Source: an uncultured Candidatus Rokubacteria bacterium
GTDB taxonomy: Bacteria > Methylomirabilota > Methylomirabilia > Rokubacteriales > DASRDR01
Direction of reading: 5' to 3'
DNA: 64,000 nt
Assembly (NCBI GenBank): GCA_963708025.1
Contig: CAVPSB010000012.1
Coordinates: forward strand, 96,001-160,000
This document shows, one piece after another, positions 1 to 9,653 of the stretch; within the stretch, counting starts at the first letter, position 1, and every line of letters begins with the position of its first letter. A program made the translations under genes and the position numbers. The notes under the pieces were generated by a model, which saw only the letters and a list, made by a program, of their open reading frames with translations, had not been told where the DNA came from and ran no database searches.

Positions 1-1
1 C

Positions 2-1288
2 GGCCAGCCCAACGCGACCCTCTTCGCGCTGATCGAGAAGAACGTCCGGCTCCCCGGCCGCGTGCTCGGCGACCTCCGGGCCCAGCTCGCCGCCTGTCAC
101 GTGGCCGAGACGGCGTTCCTGCGCCTGGTCGCGCGCCACGGCGCCGACGGCGTCAAGGCCTACATGGACGAGCTGATCGAGTACACCGACCGGCTGACGC
201 GCGCCGCGATCATGGCCTTGCCCGACGGGACGGCCCACTTCGAGGACTGGATCGACGACGACGGGATCGACCTGGGCCGGCCGATCCCGCTCACGGTGAC
301 CTTGACCAAGACGGGCGACCGCCTGGTGGCCGACTGGACCGGCTCGGCCCTCCAGGTCCGGGGCGCCATCAACAGCACCCTGTCCTTCACCAAGGCCGCC
401 ACCTTCACATGCCTCAAGGCGGTCCTGCCGGTGGACATCCCCGCGAACGCCGGCTTCTACCGGGCGATCGAGGTGATCGCGCCGCCGGGGACCATCGCCA
501 ACGCGGTGCCGCCGGCGGCGACCGCGGCCCGCGCGCTGACCGGCTTCCGGATGGTGGACTGCTGCCTGGGCGCCTTGGCCCAACTCCTGCCCGATCGCGT
601 GCCGGCCGCCTCCGAGGGCGGGAATACCGGCGTCTCCATCGGCGGGTACTACCCGGACCGAACGCCGTTCATCCACGTCGAGTTTTTCTGCGGGGCCTGG
701 GGCGGGCGGCCGTGGGCGGACGGGCTCGACGGCAACGCCCACCTCTTCGGCAACATCTCCCTCCTGCCGGCCGAGGTGTGCGAGACCGAGAGCCCGGCGG
801 AGATCCTCGCCGTCGAGTTCATCGAGGACTCAGGCGGGCCGGGTCGCTTCCGGGGTGGCGCCGGCTTCCGGCGCGTGTACCGCTTCCTCGCCGACGAGGG
901 AACGCTCCAGGTTCGCTCGGACCGCCACACGTTCCGCCCGTACGGCCTCTACGGCGGGCAGCCGGGCCGGCCGTCGCGGAACGTCCTGAACCCGGGGCCG
1001 GCGGCGCGCGCGCTGCCGGCGAAGCTCACGATGCCGATCCGCCGGGGGGACGTCTTCTGCCACGAGCTGCCGGGAGGCGGCGGGTGGGGCGATCCGCTGG
1101 CCCGGGAGCCCGAGCGCGTGCTCGCCGACGTCCGCAACGGGTTCGTGAGCGTGGCCGCCGCCCGGGACGACTACGGCGTCGTGATCGACGCCGGAACGTT
1201 GGCGCTGGACGCCGGCGCCACCGAGCGCCTGCGCGCCGGGCGGCGGGCCGCCCGCGCGGGGGGTGCGCTGCCGGCGGTCTCGCGCTGA
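2..1288 (+). CDS. Hydantoinase B/oxoprolinase family protein (5' partial)
   Basis: Frame open from the window edge (GQPNATLFALIEKNVR..LGDLRAQ); family motifs DSGGPGRFRGG and PGGGGWGDPLAREPERVLADVRNG. Confidence 0.9.
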   Translation, partial: GQPNATLFALIEKNVRLPGRVLGDLRAQLAACHVAETAFLRLVARHGADGVKAYMDELIEYTDRLTRAAIMALPDGTAHFEDWIDDDGIDLGRPIPLTVTLTKTGDRLVADWTGSALQVRGAINSTLSFTKAATFTCLKAVLPVDIPANAGFYRAIEVIAPPGTIANAVPPAATAARALTGFRMVDCCLGALAQLLPDRVPAASEGGNTGVSIGGYYPDRTPFIHVEFFCGAWGGRPWADGLDGNAHLFGNISLLPAEVCETESPAEILAVEFIEDSGGPGRFRGGAGFRRVYRFLADEGTLQVRSDRHTFRPYGLYGGQPGRPSRNVLNPGPAARALPAKLTMPIRRGDVFCHELPGGGGWGDPLAREPERVLADVRNGFVSVAAARDDYGVVIDAGTLALDAGATERLRAGRRAARAGGALPAVSR

Positions 1289-1330
1289 CCGGCTCCGCCC
1301 CGTAGCGCGGCGGCGCCGGCGCCGGGTAGA

Positions 1331-2701
1331 ATGGAAGGCCCGAGAGAGCGTGCGCGTGAAGCAGTCGGTAGAGTAGGTGGAGGGGTGGGCGGGAGGTCTC
1401 GAACGTTCCAGCCGGCTGAGGAAACCCGCGACCCCGAGCGCCTCGAGCGCCTTCAGCTCGAGCGGCTCCGGGCGACGGTGGCGCGGATCGCGGACCACAA
1501 CCCCCGCTACCACGGGCACCTCGGCTCGATCGCCCCCCGCGACCTCGCCTCGCTCGACGATCTCCGCGCGCTCCCGTTCCTCACCAAGACCGCTCTCCGC
1601 GACGCCTACCCGTACGGCCTGGCCTGCCTGGGGCCCGATCCGATCCTCCGCGTCCACATGTCGTCGGGGACCACCGGGGCCCCCATCGTCAACCCCTCCA
1701 CGCCGGCCGACGTCCAGCAGTGGCGCGAGGTGATGGGCCGGTGCCTCGCGGCCGCGACCGTGGGGGCCACGGACGTCATCCAGGTCACCGCGTCCTTCGG
1801 CCTCTTCACCGGCGGCTTCGGCTTCCACTACGGCGCCGAGGCGGTCGGGGCCATGGTGGTGCCGATCGGCGCCGGGCGGACGCTTCTCCAGCTCCAGCTC
1901 CTGCGCGATCTCGGCGTCACGGCCCTCGCCGGCATCGCGACCTATCCGCTCCGCATGATCGAGGTGGCCCGCCAGGAAGGCTTCGACTTCGGGAAGACGC
2001 GGCTGCGGGTGGCCATCCTCGGCTCCGAGATGTGGTCCGACGAGCTGCGCGAGCGGATCGAGGCGGCGATGGGCGTGCGGACCTACGACCTGATCGGCAT
2101 GACGGAGACCGGCGGCCCCGGGATGGGCATCGACTGCGACGCCCGCGACGGGATCCACGTGTGGGGCGATCACTACCTGGCCGAGATCGTCGCCCCGGCG
2201 ACCGGGGCGGTCCTGGCGGACGGCGAGGTGGGTGAGCTGGTGGTCACCACGCTCACGCGCCAGGGGCTCCCGCTGATCCGGTACCGGACCCACGACCTGA
2301 CCCGGATCCGCTCCCGCCAGCGCTGCGCCTGCGGGCGGACCGGGATCCGGCTCGACCGCATCCGGGGACGGACCGACGACATGGTGATCGTCAAAGGGGT
2401 CAACTTCTATCCGAGTCAGGTGGAGCGGACGCTCCTGCGCCAGCCGGGCTTCGGGCACGAGTACCAGATCGTGCTCGAGCGCGATGCGGGCGGCGGCGAG
2501 CGGATCGTGCTGTGCGTCGAGGCGGAGCCCGGGTGCGGAACGGCCGCGGAGGAGCGGCTCCGGCGCGAGCTCCAGGACTTCCTCGGGATCACCCCGGAGA
2601 TCCGGCGGCTCGCCATTGGCGAGATTCCCCGGCCCCAGGGCAAGGCGGTGCGTGTCGTGGACCACCGGGGCACGGCCGCGGAAAGGACGGGCGTCTCATG
2701 A
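1331..2701 (+). CDS. Phenylacetate--CoA ligase family (PaaK-like)
   Basis: LPFLTK, SSGTTG, RYRTHDL, GRTDDMVIVKGVNFYPSQVE, GKAVRVVDHR; true start may be slightly downstream (e.g. GTG 1385). Confidence 0.88.
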   Translation: MEGPRERAREAVGRVGGGVGGRSRTFQPAEETRDPERLERLQLERLRATVARIADHNPRYHGHLGSIAPRDLASLDDLRALPFLTKTALRDAYPYGLACLGPDPILRVHMSSGTTGAPIVNPSTPADVQQWREVMGRCLAAATVGATDVIQVTASFGLFTGGFGFHYGAEAVGAMVVPIGAGRTLLQLQLLRDLGVTALAGIATYPLRMIEVARQEGFDFGKTRLRVAILGSEMWSDELRERIEAAMGVRTYDLIGMTETGGPGMGIDCDARDGIHVWGDHYLAEIVAPATGAVLADGEVGELVVTTLTRQGLPLIRYRTHDLTRIRSRQRCACGRTGIRLDRIRGRTDDMVIVKGVNFYPSQVERTLLRQPGFGHEYQIVLERDAGGGERIVLCVEAEPGCGTAAEERLRRELQDFLGITPEIRRLAIGEIPRPQGKAVRVVDHRGTAAERTGVS

Positions 2702-3264
2702 AGAAGCAAGCGTCGAGGAAGAAGGCGGCTCCGAAGGCGGTCGCCAAGAAGTCGGCCCCGAAGGCCCGGAAGTCCGCGAAGGCTCGCGTGTCGCCCATCC
2801 CCCAGGGCTTCCGCAGCGTCACGCCACAGCTCACGGTCCGCGGGGCCGCCGCGGCGATCGACTTCTACAAGCGGGCCTTCGGGTTCCGGGAGCTGATGCG
2901 GATGGCGTCGCCCGACGGGAAAGTGATGCATGCCGAGCTGAAGGTCGGGGACTCGATTTTCTTTCTGGGCGACGAGTTCCCCGCCGAGGGGTGCCAGTCC
3001 CCTCAGACCCTCGGTGGCGCCACCGGCTCGCTCCACGTCTACGTCCCCAACGTGGATGCGGCGTTCAAGCGGGCCGTCGACGCCGGGGCCCAGCCCACCA
3101 TGCCCGTCACCGACATGTTCTGGGGTGACCGCTACGGCAAGGTCAAGGACCCGTTCGGTCACGAGTGGGGGCTGGCCACGCACAAGGAGGATCTCACCCC
3201 GGCGCAGCAGCGGAAGCGCGGGGAGGAGTTCATGAAGCAGATGGCCCAGAAGCCGGCGGGCTAA
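2698..3264 (+). CDS. VOC/PhnB-like glyoxalase family protein with Lys/Ala-rich N-terminal extension
   Basis: ATGA overlap with upstream stop; AAAAIDFYKRAFG, HAELKVGDS, DMFWGDRYGKVKDPFGHEW. Confidence 0.88.
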   Translation: MKKQASRKKAAPKAVAKKSAPKARKSAKARVSPIPQGFRSVTPQLTVRGAAAAIDFYKRAFGFRELMRMASPDGKVMHAELKVGDSIFFLGDEFPAEGCQSPQTLGGATGSLHVYVPNVDAAFKRAVDAGAQPTMPVTDMFWGDRYGKVKDPFGHEWGLATHKEDLTPAQQRKRGEEFMKQMAQKPAG

Positions 3265-3334
3265 CCTGAACTGACGGTCCATCCGAGCATGCCGAGTCGC
3301 GTTCAGTGTGAGGTGGGCCGTGAAGAGCCTCCGA

Positions 3335-3374
3335 GCGGCGGCCCAAAGGCCGAAGGCCGTCCAATGGCCGCCGC
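3335..3374. repeat. Short variant of the GAA-triloop palindromic element (family A)
   Basis: gcggcggcc/ggccgccgc stem enclosing caaa-ggccGAAggcc-gtccaat, a core shared with the copies at 45131 and 56817. Confidence 0.7.
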
Positions 3375-3380
3375 CACGAC

Positions 3381-3420
3381 GGGGGGGCATCGGGGGGGTC
3401 TTCCGAGACTCCCCCGAAGG
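3381..3420. repeat. 40-bp hairpin repeat (family B), inverted copy of 8761-8800
   Basis: 37/40 identity to the reverse complement of 8761-8800; internal G-run/C-run stem. Confidence 0.8.
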
Positions 3421-3427
3421 AGGCGGC

Positions 3428-4748
3428 ATGACTAGCGGGCCCGGCGAGACCCTGCTCCGCTTCGTGGTCGAGGCACGCGACGAGGAGCTGCCGAAGGCCG
3501 CCCTCGAGCACGCCCGGCTGGCGGTGCTCGACTGGTGGGGCGTCACCGTCGGCGGCGCCGACGAGCCGGTGGCGCGCATCCTGCGAGAGACCGTGGGCGC
3601 GCCGCCGGGCCCGTCCGCCGTTCTGGGCACCCCGCACGCGACCACACCGCTGACCGCCGCGCTCCTGAACGGCACCGCGTCCCACGCCCTCGACTACGAC
3701 GACGTCACGCTCGCGGTGCCGGGTCACCTGACGGCCCCACTCCTGCCGGGCCTCCTCGCCGTCGCGGAGGCCCGCGGGCTCGGCGGCCGGTCGCTTCTCA
3801 CGGCCTTCGTCCTGGGCGTCGAGGTGGCCTCGCGGGTGGCGCGGGCGCTGGCGCCGGGGCACTACCGGGCCGGCTGGCACGCCACCGCGACGGTCGGCCG
3901 CCTGGGCGGCGCCGCCGCCGTCGGGCGCCTCCTCGGACTCGACGGGGCGCGGCTCGAGGCCGCGATCGGGCTCGCCGCTGTCCAGGCCGGCGGGATCCAG
4001 GAGGCCTTCGGCAGCATGGCCAAGCCCTTCCAGGTCGGGCGGGCGGCCGCCGACGCTCTCCTCGGCGCGCTCGCCGCGGAGGGCGGGATGACGGGACCAC
4101 GGGCCATCCTCGACCGCGAGGGCTGGGCCCGCCGACTCTCCCCGGCCTGGGAGCCCACGCGCCTGACCGAGGACCTGGGGCGCCGCTACGCCGTCGGCGA
4201 GCTCCACTTCAAGCGCTACCCCTGCTGCTTCGCCACCCACGCGGCCATCAGCGGCCTCCTGGCCCTGCGCGCCGCCGTGCCCGCCGATCGGGCGATCGAG
4301 GCCGTCGAGCTGGAGGTCTCGCCCACCACGCTCCAGGTGGCCGACCAGCGGAGGCCGAGCACGGGGCTCGGCGGCAAGTTCAGCGTCACCTACTGCGCCG
4401 CCGCCGCCCTCCTGCGCGGCCGGGTCAGCGAGGCTGACTTCGCCGACGCGGCCGTGACCGAGCCCGCCGCCCAGGCGCTGGCCGCGCGGGTCGCGCTCGT
4501 CGCCAACCCCGCCCTCGACGAGACCCGCGCGCACGTCCGCGTGCGTCTGGCCGGCGGCGAGACCCGCGAGCGGCTGGCCGACCTCGCGGCCGAGAGCGAC
4601 GCGGACGGAATGCGCCGCGATCTCACGGCGAAGTTCCGCGACCTGGTCGCGCCCCGGCTGGGGGACGCGGCCACCGAGCGACTTCACGCCGCGCTCGAGT
4701 CGCTCGACGAAGCTCGACGACCTGCGCGAGCTGACCCGCATCCGATGA
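3428..4748 (+). CDS. MmgE/PrpD family protein (probable +1 frameshift near 4710)
   Basis: ATG after GGAGG; NGTASHALDYDD, GWHATATVG, HFKRYPCC, GKFS; natural-looking C-terminus LDDLRELTRIR* lies in the +1 frame. Confidence 0.85.
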
Positions 4749-4835
4749 GACCGACTCCCCGGTGGTCACGCGGGACGTCTCGAGGAAGGCCGCCGGCCAC
4801 TGGTACGTCCAGGATCGACGGGATTCGGACGGTCG

Positions 4836-4880
4836 CCCCCCCTCCCCCCGGCGGGTGGGGAGGGGTCGGGGGTGGGGGTG
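4836..4880. repeat. C-rich/G-rich REP-like hairpin (family C)
   Basis: cccctcccc..ggggagggg palindrome, similar to 29711-29745. Confidence 0.55.
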
Positions 4881-4887
4881 GATCCAA

Positions 4888-6975
4888 ATGACCGTCGATC
4901 TCACCCCGCTGTTCGTGCCGCGCCGGGTGGCCGTGCTCGGCGTGTCGCGAAACCCCGAGAAGCTGGGGCACCGGCTCCTCCAGAACCTCCTCGAGGCGGG
5001 CTTTCCCGGCGAGGTGGTGCCCGTGAACCCGAGCGGCGAGGCCATCCGGGGGATAAAGAGCGTGGCGCGGGTGGCCGACATCCCCGGCGAGCTCGACCTG
5101 GCACTGGTGAGCCTGCCGGCCGCCGCCGTCGTGGGGGCGGTGGGCGAGCTGGGGGACCTGGGCTGTCGCGCCGCCGTCGTGCTGGCCTCCGGCTTCGGCG
5201 AGACCGGGGAGGCCGGCCGGGCACTTCAGCGGGAGCTGGCGGCCATCGCGCGGTCGAGCGGGATGCGGATCGTCGGCCCGAACTGTATGGGCGTCGTCAA
5301 CGTGCCGGGTCGGCTCAACGGCTCCTACTTCTGGAACGCGCCGCGGGAGGCGGGCGGGATCACCTTCGTCTCCCAGAGCGGCGCCTACGGCGGCCTCTTC
5401 TTCCGTGAGGTGCGCGCCCGCGGCCTCGGCGTGGCCAAGTTCCTCTCCATCGGGAACCAGGCCGACCTCGGGTTCGTCGAGTGCCTCGACTGGCTGGCCG
5501 GCGATCGCGACACCCGCGTGGTCGCGCTGTTCGTCGAGGGGATCCGGGACGGCCGCGGCTTCGTGGAGGCCGCCGGCCGGCTGTCCGCCGCGAAGCCGGT
5601 CGTCGCCTTCAAGGTCGGGCGGGGGAGCGCCGGCACCCGGGCGGCCGGCTCCCACACCGGCTCGCTCGCCGGCGCCTACGAGACCTACCTGGCGGCGTTC
5701 GCCGCGGCCGGCGTGGTGGTGACCGGCGACACCGAGGAGTTCTTCGACGCCATCGTCGCCCTCGATGCCGACGGCGGCCGCCCGCCGCAGGACGACGGCG
5801 TCGCCATCCTCACGGTGTCCGGCGGGCCATCGGTCGCTGCCGCCGACGCGGCGGAGGCCGCCGGGCTCCGGGTGCCGCAGCTCCCCGACCCGCGCCGCCG
5901 GCAGCTCCGGGCCCACCTGCCGGGCTTCGGCGCCGACGGGAACCCGGTGGACATGACCCCCCAGATGGAGCCGGCCGCCTTCGGTCCGGCGATCCGGCTC
6001 GTCCTCGAGGCCGACGAGGTGGCCGGGGTGATCGCGATCGACGTCGGGCTGGACGTGCCGGCGTACGGCGAGGCCGTCGTGGCCGCTCAGGCGGCCACCG
6101 GCAAGCCCGTCGTCGCCTGTACCGCGGACACGCCGGGCGTGGACGCGCGACTCCGCGCGGCCGGCATCCCGATCTTCCCGACCCCGGAGCGCGCGGTGCG
6201 CGCGTACCGCGCCCTGCGGGCCCGCGCGGTCGCCGGATCGCGGGCGCGGCCGATCCCCGCTCGCGCGGTCCCGCGGGCGCTCCCCGCCTCGATCGCGGAG
6301 CCCCTCCGGCGGGCCGAGGGGCCGCTCCCCTACGACGTGGCTCGGGCCCTCCTCGGTCACTACGGGATCGCGTTCCCCGAGGAGGGCCTGGCGACCTCGG
6401 CGGAGGAGGCCTGCTCGGTCGCCGCCCGGATCGGCTACCCAGTGGTGGTGAAGACGGCCAGCGCCGCCGTCCTGCACAAGACGGACGCGGGCGGGGTCGT
6501 TCTCGGCATCGGCGACGATGCGGCCCTCCGCGAGGCCTGTCGCGCGCTGGCCACCCGGTTCGGCCCGGCGCCGGTTCTCGTGCAGCGGCAGGTCGATGGC
6601 GGACTCGAGCTGCTCGTCGGAGGCCGCCGCGATCCGGTGTTCGGCCCCACGGTCCTCTTCGGGCTCGGCGGCGTCCTGACCGAGATCCTGCGGGACGTCT
6701 CGCTGCGGCTGGCCCCGCTCGACGCGGCGGAGGCGCGGGCCATGCTGCGGGAGGGACGACGGGCGGCCCTGCTCGGCGGCTTTCGCGGACGGCCGGCCTG
6801 CGACGAGTCCGCGCTGGTGGCGGCGCTGACGGGAGTCGGGGATCTCCTGGCCGAGCATCCGGAGATCGTGGAGCTGGACGTGAACCCGCTCATCGCGCGG
6901 GGCGCGCAGGTGGTCGCCGTGGACGCGCTGGTGATCGTCGACCGAACCAACCAAGGAGGGAACGATGGGGCGTGA
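4888..6975 (+). CDS. Acetate/acyl-CoA ligase (ADP-forming), fused CoA-binding and ATP-grasp domains
   Basis: IVGPNCMG, SQSG, SHTGSLAG (phospho-His), HKTDAGGV, DPVFGPTVLFGLGG, ELDVNPL; no GNAT domain. Confidence 0.88.
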   Translation: MTVDLTPLFVPRRVAVLGVSRNPEKLGHRLLQNLLEAGFPGEVVPVNPSGEAIRGIKSVARVADIPGELDLALVSLPAAAVVGAVGELGDLGCRAAVVLASGFGETGEAGRALQRELAAIARSSGMRIVGPNCMGVVNVPGRLNGSYFWNAPREAGGITFVSQSGAYGGLFFREVRARGLGVAKFLSIGNQADLGFVECLDWLAGDRDTRVVALFVEGIRDGRGFVEAAGRLSAAKPVVAFKVGRGSAGTRAAGSHTGSLAGAYETYLAAFAAAGVVVTGDTEEFFDAIVALDADGGRPPQDDGVAILTVSGGPSVAAADAAEAAGLRVPQLPDPRRRQLRAHLPGFGADGNPVDMTPQMEPAAFGPAIRLVLEADEVAGVIAIDVGLDVPAYGEAVVAAQAATGKPVVACTADTPGVDARLRAAGIPIFPTPERAVRAYRALRARAVAGSRARPIPARAVPRALPASIAEPLRRAEGPLPYDVARALLGHYGIAFPEEGLATSAEEACSVAARIGYPVVVKTASAAVLHKTDAGGVVLGIGDDAALREACRALATRFGPAPVLVQRQVDGGLELLVGGRRDPVFGPTVLFGLGGVLTEILRDVSLRLAPLDAAEARAMLREGRRAALLGGFRGRPACDESALVAALTGVGDLLAEHPEIVELDVNPLIARGAQVVAVDALVIVDRTNQGGNDGA

Positions 6976-7991
6976 CACGAGGGCACTCAGCCGGCGGCAG
7001 TTCCTGGAGGCGACCGGCGCGACGGCCGGGGCGCTGGCGGCGGGAGCGGCCTGGCCGCGCCGCGCGCAGGCCCAGGGCGGCAAGGGGAAGGTCCGCTTCG
7101 CCTACCTCCAGCTCGGCTGGGCGGCCTGCGAGATCGTCCACAAGGAGGACCTGCTCGGGAAGCGCGGCTGGCTGGCGGAGTACAACGTGGTGGCCGGCTC
7201 GCCGGCCGGGCTGGTCAACACCTTCGCCGCCGGCCAGGTGGACGCGATCGACATGTCGTTCGCGCTCAGCGCCAAGATGTTCGAGGACAGGGTGCCGCTC
7301 AAGGTGACCGGAGTGGCCACGGCGGTCCTGGGCGCCATCGTGGCCCGCAAGGACTCCGGCATCAGCAAGGTCGAGGATCTCAAGGGCCGGAAGATCGCGG
7401 CCGTCGTCGGGACCACCACGTTCTTCGACATCCGCACGCTCACGCTCAAGGGCTACGGCTTCGACATTCAGAAGGACACCCAGCTCGTCACCGCCCAGGC
7501 GCCGCCGGACATGGCGACGCTCATGGCCAAGAAAGACGTGGACGCCATCGTCGCCTGGCAGCCGATCTCCGATCAGGTCGTCCTGCGCGGCGACGGCGTC
7601 TACCTGGCCAAGCAGATCGACCTGTGGCGGAAGGCCACCGGCCGGGCGACCGGCTACCCGGTCCACGTCTGCTACGTGGTGAACCCCGGGTTCATCGAGA
7701 AGAACCCGTCGTTCCCCCGGGACCTCAACGACGCCCAGAAGGAAGCGGTCGACGTCTGGTACAACAAGAAGGGTCGCGCCATCGAGATCGCCGCCGAGAT
7801 CACGAAGCTGCCCCGGGAAGTCGTCGAGTACGCCTACGGGCAGACGGTGCAGATGCTCCACGGGCTCTCCGACGAGCAGATCGACACCCTCGTCGCTCCA
7901 GCTCAAGCTGATCAAGGAGTCGGGGTTCCTCAAGTCGGACGTCTGGGACGACGCCGAGCGGGTCAAGAAGGAGTTCTTCTGGCGCGGATAG
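6965..7991 (+). CDS. NitT/TauT-type ABC transporter substrate-binding protein, Tat-exported (probable +1 frameshift near 7898)
   Basis: Tat motif SRRQFL; DLKGRKIA, VDAIVAWQP; C-terminus QLKLIKESGFLKSD..FFWRG* continues in the +1 frame to TAG 7989-7991. Confidence 0.8.
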
Positions 7992-8004
7992 CGCGGCGGG
8001 CCAG

Positions 8005-8758
8005 GTGGGAGGGCTGGGTCCGGCGCTTCCGGCTTCCCACCGTGCTCCTCTTCCTGGCGGTGCTGGTCGTCTGGGAGGCGGTGGCCCGGCGCTACGGCGC
8101 CTACGTCCTGCCGCCCCCGGGCTCGGTCGTCCGGGGTCTGGCCGTCATCGTCCAGTCGGGGGAGCTGTGGAAGCACGCCGGCGCCTCGCTGTACCGGATC
8201 GCCGTCGGCTTCGGCGGCGCCCTGGCCCTGGCCGTGCTGATGGGGCTGGCGTCGTTCCTGTGGGGCTCGGCCCGCATCGTCGTCCGCGACGTCGTGACCG
8301 TGCTCAACTCGACGTCGGTCTTCGTCTGGATCGTCGTCTCGCTGATCTGGTTCGGCCTCAGCGACCTGGCGCCGATCTTCACCACGTTCATGATCACCCT
8401 TCCGGTGGTCGGGGCCAACGTGGTGGAGGGGGTGGAGAGCGTCGACCGGCGGCTCCTCGAGATGGGCCAGGTCTACCGGCTCTCCGGCTGGGAGAAGTTC
8501 CGGGCCATCGTGATCCCGTCCACCGTCCCGCACCTGGTGGCCGGCATGAAGGTCGGCTTCGGCCTGGCGCTCAAGGTCTCGGTGGTGGCCGAGATCTTCG
8601 GCGTCACCAGCGGCATCGGCTACATCATGAACTACAGCCGGGAGATCCTGGCCACCCAGATGGTGTTCGCGTGGGCGATCGTCATGATCGCGATCATGCT
8701 GGTGACCGACAAGCTCGTCTTCGAGTCGCTCACCCGGCGCCTGGAGCGCTGGCGATGA
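8005..8758 (+). CDS. NitT/TauT-type ABC transporter permease
   Basis: LPPPGSV, ASLYRIAVGF, SVVAEIFG..SGIG; start uncertain (GTG 8005 would need an indel; first in-frame GTG is 8042). Confidence 0.85.
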
Positions 8759-8760
8759 GC

Positions 8761-8800
8761 CCTTCGGGGGGGTCTCGGAAGACCCCCCCGACACCCCCCC
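8761..8800. repeat. 40-bp hairpin repeat (family B)
   Basis: cgggggggtct-cgga-agacccccccg hairpin; inverted near-identical copy at 3381-3420. Confidence 0.8.
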
Positions 8801-8974
8801 GCGGAGGCCGCGGCGAAGCCGCGGCTCGGAGTGGAACGCCCGGCCGCGAGGCCGGGAGCCAGCACGTCGCGAGAAGCCAACGGGCGGCAGGGATGAGAGC
8901 CGCCGGTATCGCTCATACGTTCTGAGAGAACTCGGGCGTTTCGGGCGGCGAGCGGCGGCCCACGCCAGGGGCCG

Positions 8975-9002
8975 ACGCCACGTATGGTAGGATGTATGGC
9001 GT
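8975..9002 (+). promoter_or_regulatory. Putative toxin-antitoxin promoter/operator
   Basis: acgcca..tggcgt inverted repeat and gtatgg direct repeat around a TAGGAT -10-like hexamer at the antitoxin start. Confidence 0.4.
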
Positions 9003-9222
9003 GCGTAAGACGACGGTCTACATCCCGGATGACCTGAAGGTCAAAATCGAGCGGGCCGCAGCCCAGCAGGGTCGCACCGTGGCCGAACTGGTGCGAGAGG
9101 CCCTCCGCACGCTCGTCGAGCGCGCTACGCCACCCCGTCCCCGGTTGCCCTTGTTCGAGAGTGGCAAGTCGGACCTGGCCGAGCGCGTGGACGAAGCCCT
9201 CCACGGCTTCGGCGAGGCGTGA
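8992..9222 (+). CDS. vapB: Ribbon-helix-helix (CopG-like) antitoxin, VapB
   Basis: RKTTVYIPDDLK..AELVREAL; GTGA overlap with PIN gene; start may be GTG 9001. Confidence 0.8.
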   Translation: MYGVRKTTVYIPDDLKVKIERAAAQQGRTVAELVREALRTLVERATPPRPRLPLFESGKSDLAERVDEALHGFGEA

Positions 9223-9653
9223 TCCTCCTCGACACGAGCGGGCTGCTTTCCGCCATCGACGGAAGTCAGCGTCACCACGCCGCATGCGCGGCGATCCTGA
9301 CCGAGGCCGATGTGCCCTTGCTGCTCTCACCGTTCGTTCTCGCTGAGCTGGACTACCTGCTTACCACGCGCGTGGGGCCCGCGGCGCAGTTCGCGCTGCT
9401 AGACGAAGTCATCCGGGGAGCCTACCGGCTCGAAGAATTCGGCGTCGAGGACGTTGTCCTAGCTCGCGACATCATGGGGCGATATCGGGATCTTCGGTTG
9501 GGCCTGGCTGACGCGTCGCTCGTCGTGCTCGCGGAGCGGCACGGAGCGCGGGAGATCCTGACCCTCGATGAGCGGCACTTCCGCGTGGTCCGGACGCTCG
9601 ATCGCAAGCGCTTCCATCTGCTCCCGGCGGACGGTTCCCGGAGACGGCCGTGA
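9219..9653 (+). CDS. vapC: PIN-domain toxin VapC
   Basis: MILLDTSGLL, LAELDYLL, LGLADASLVVLAE, ILTLDERHF (conserved acidic PIN residues). Confidence 0.9.
   Translation: MILLDTSGLLSAIDGSQRHHAACAAILTEADVPLLLSPFVLAELDYLLTTRVGPAAQFALLDEVIRGAYRLEEFGVEDVVLARDIMGRYRDLRLGLADASLVVLAERHGAREILTLDERHFRVVRTLDRKRFHLLPADGSRRRP

Noticed and set aside
3308-4891. Extended 527-aa PrpD and 737-aa ligase starts given by the ORF track
   Set aside because: Extensions run through repeat elements or past a probable frameshift; better starts are 3428 and 4888.
6965-8758. 597-aa binding protein-permease fusion in the ORF track
   Set aside because: The linker is out-of-frame sequence; the true binding-protein C-terminus and stop (7989-7991) appear after removing one base near 7898.
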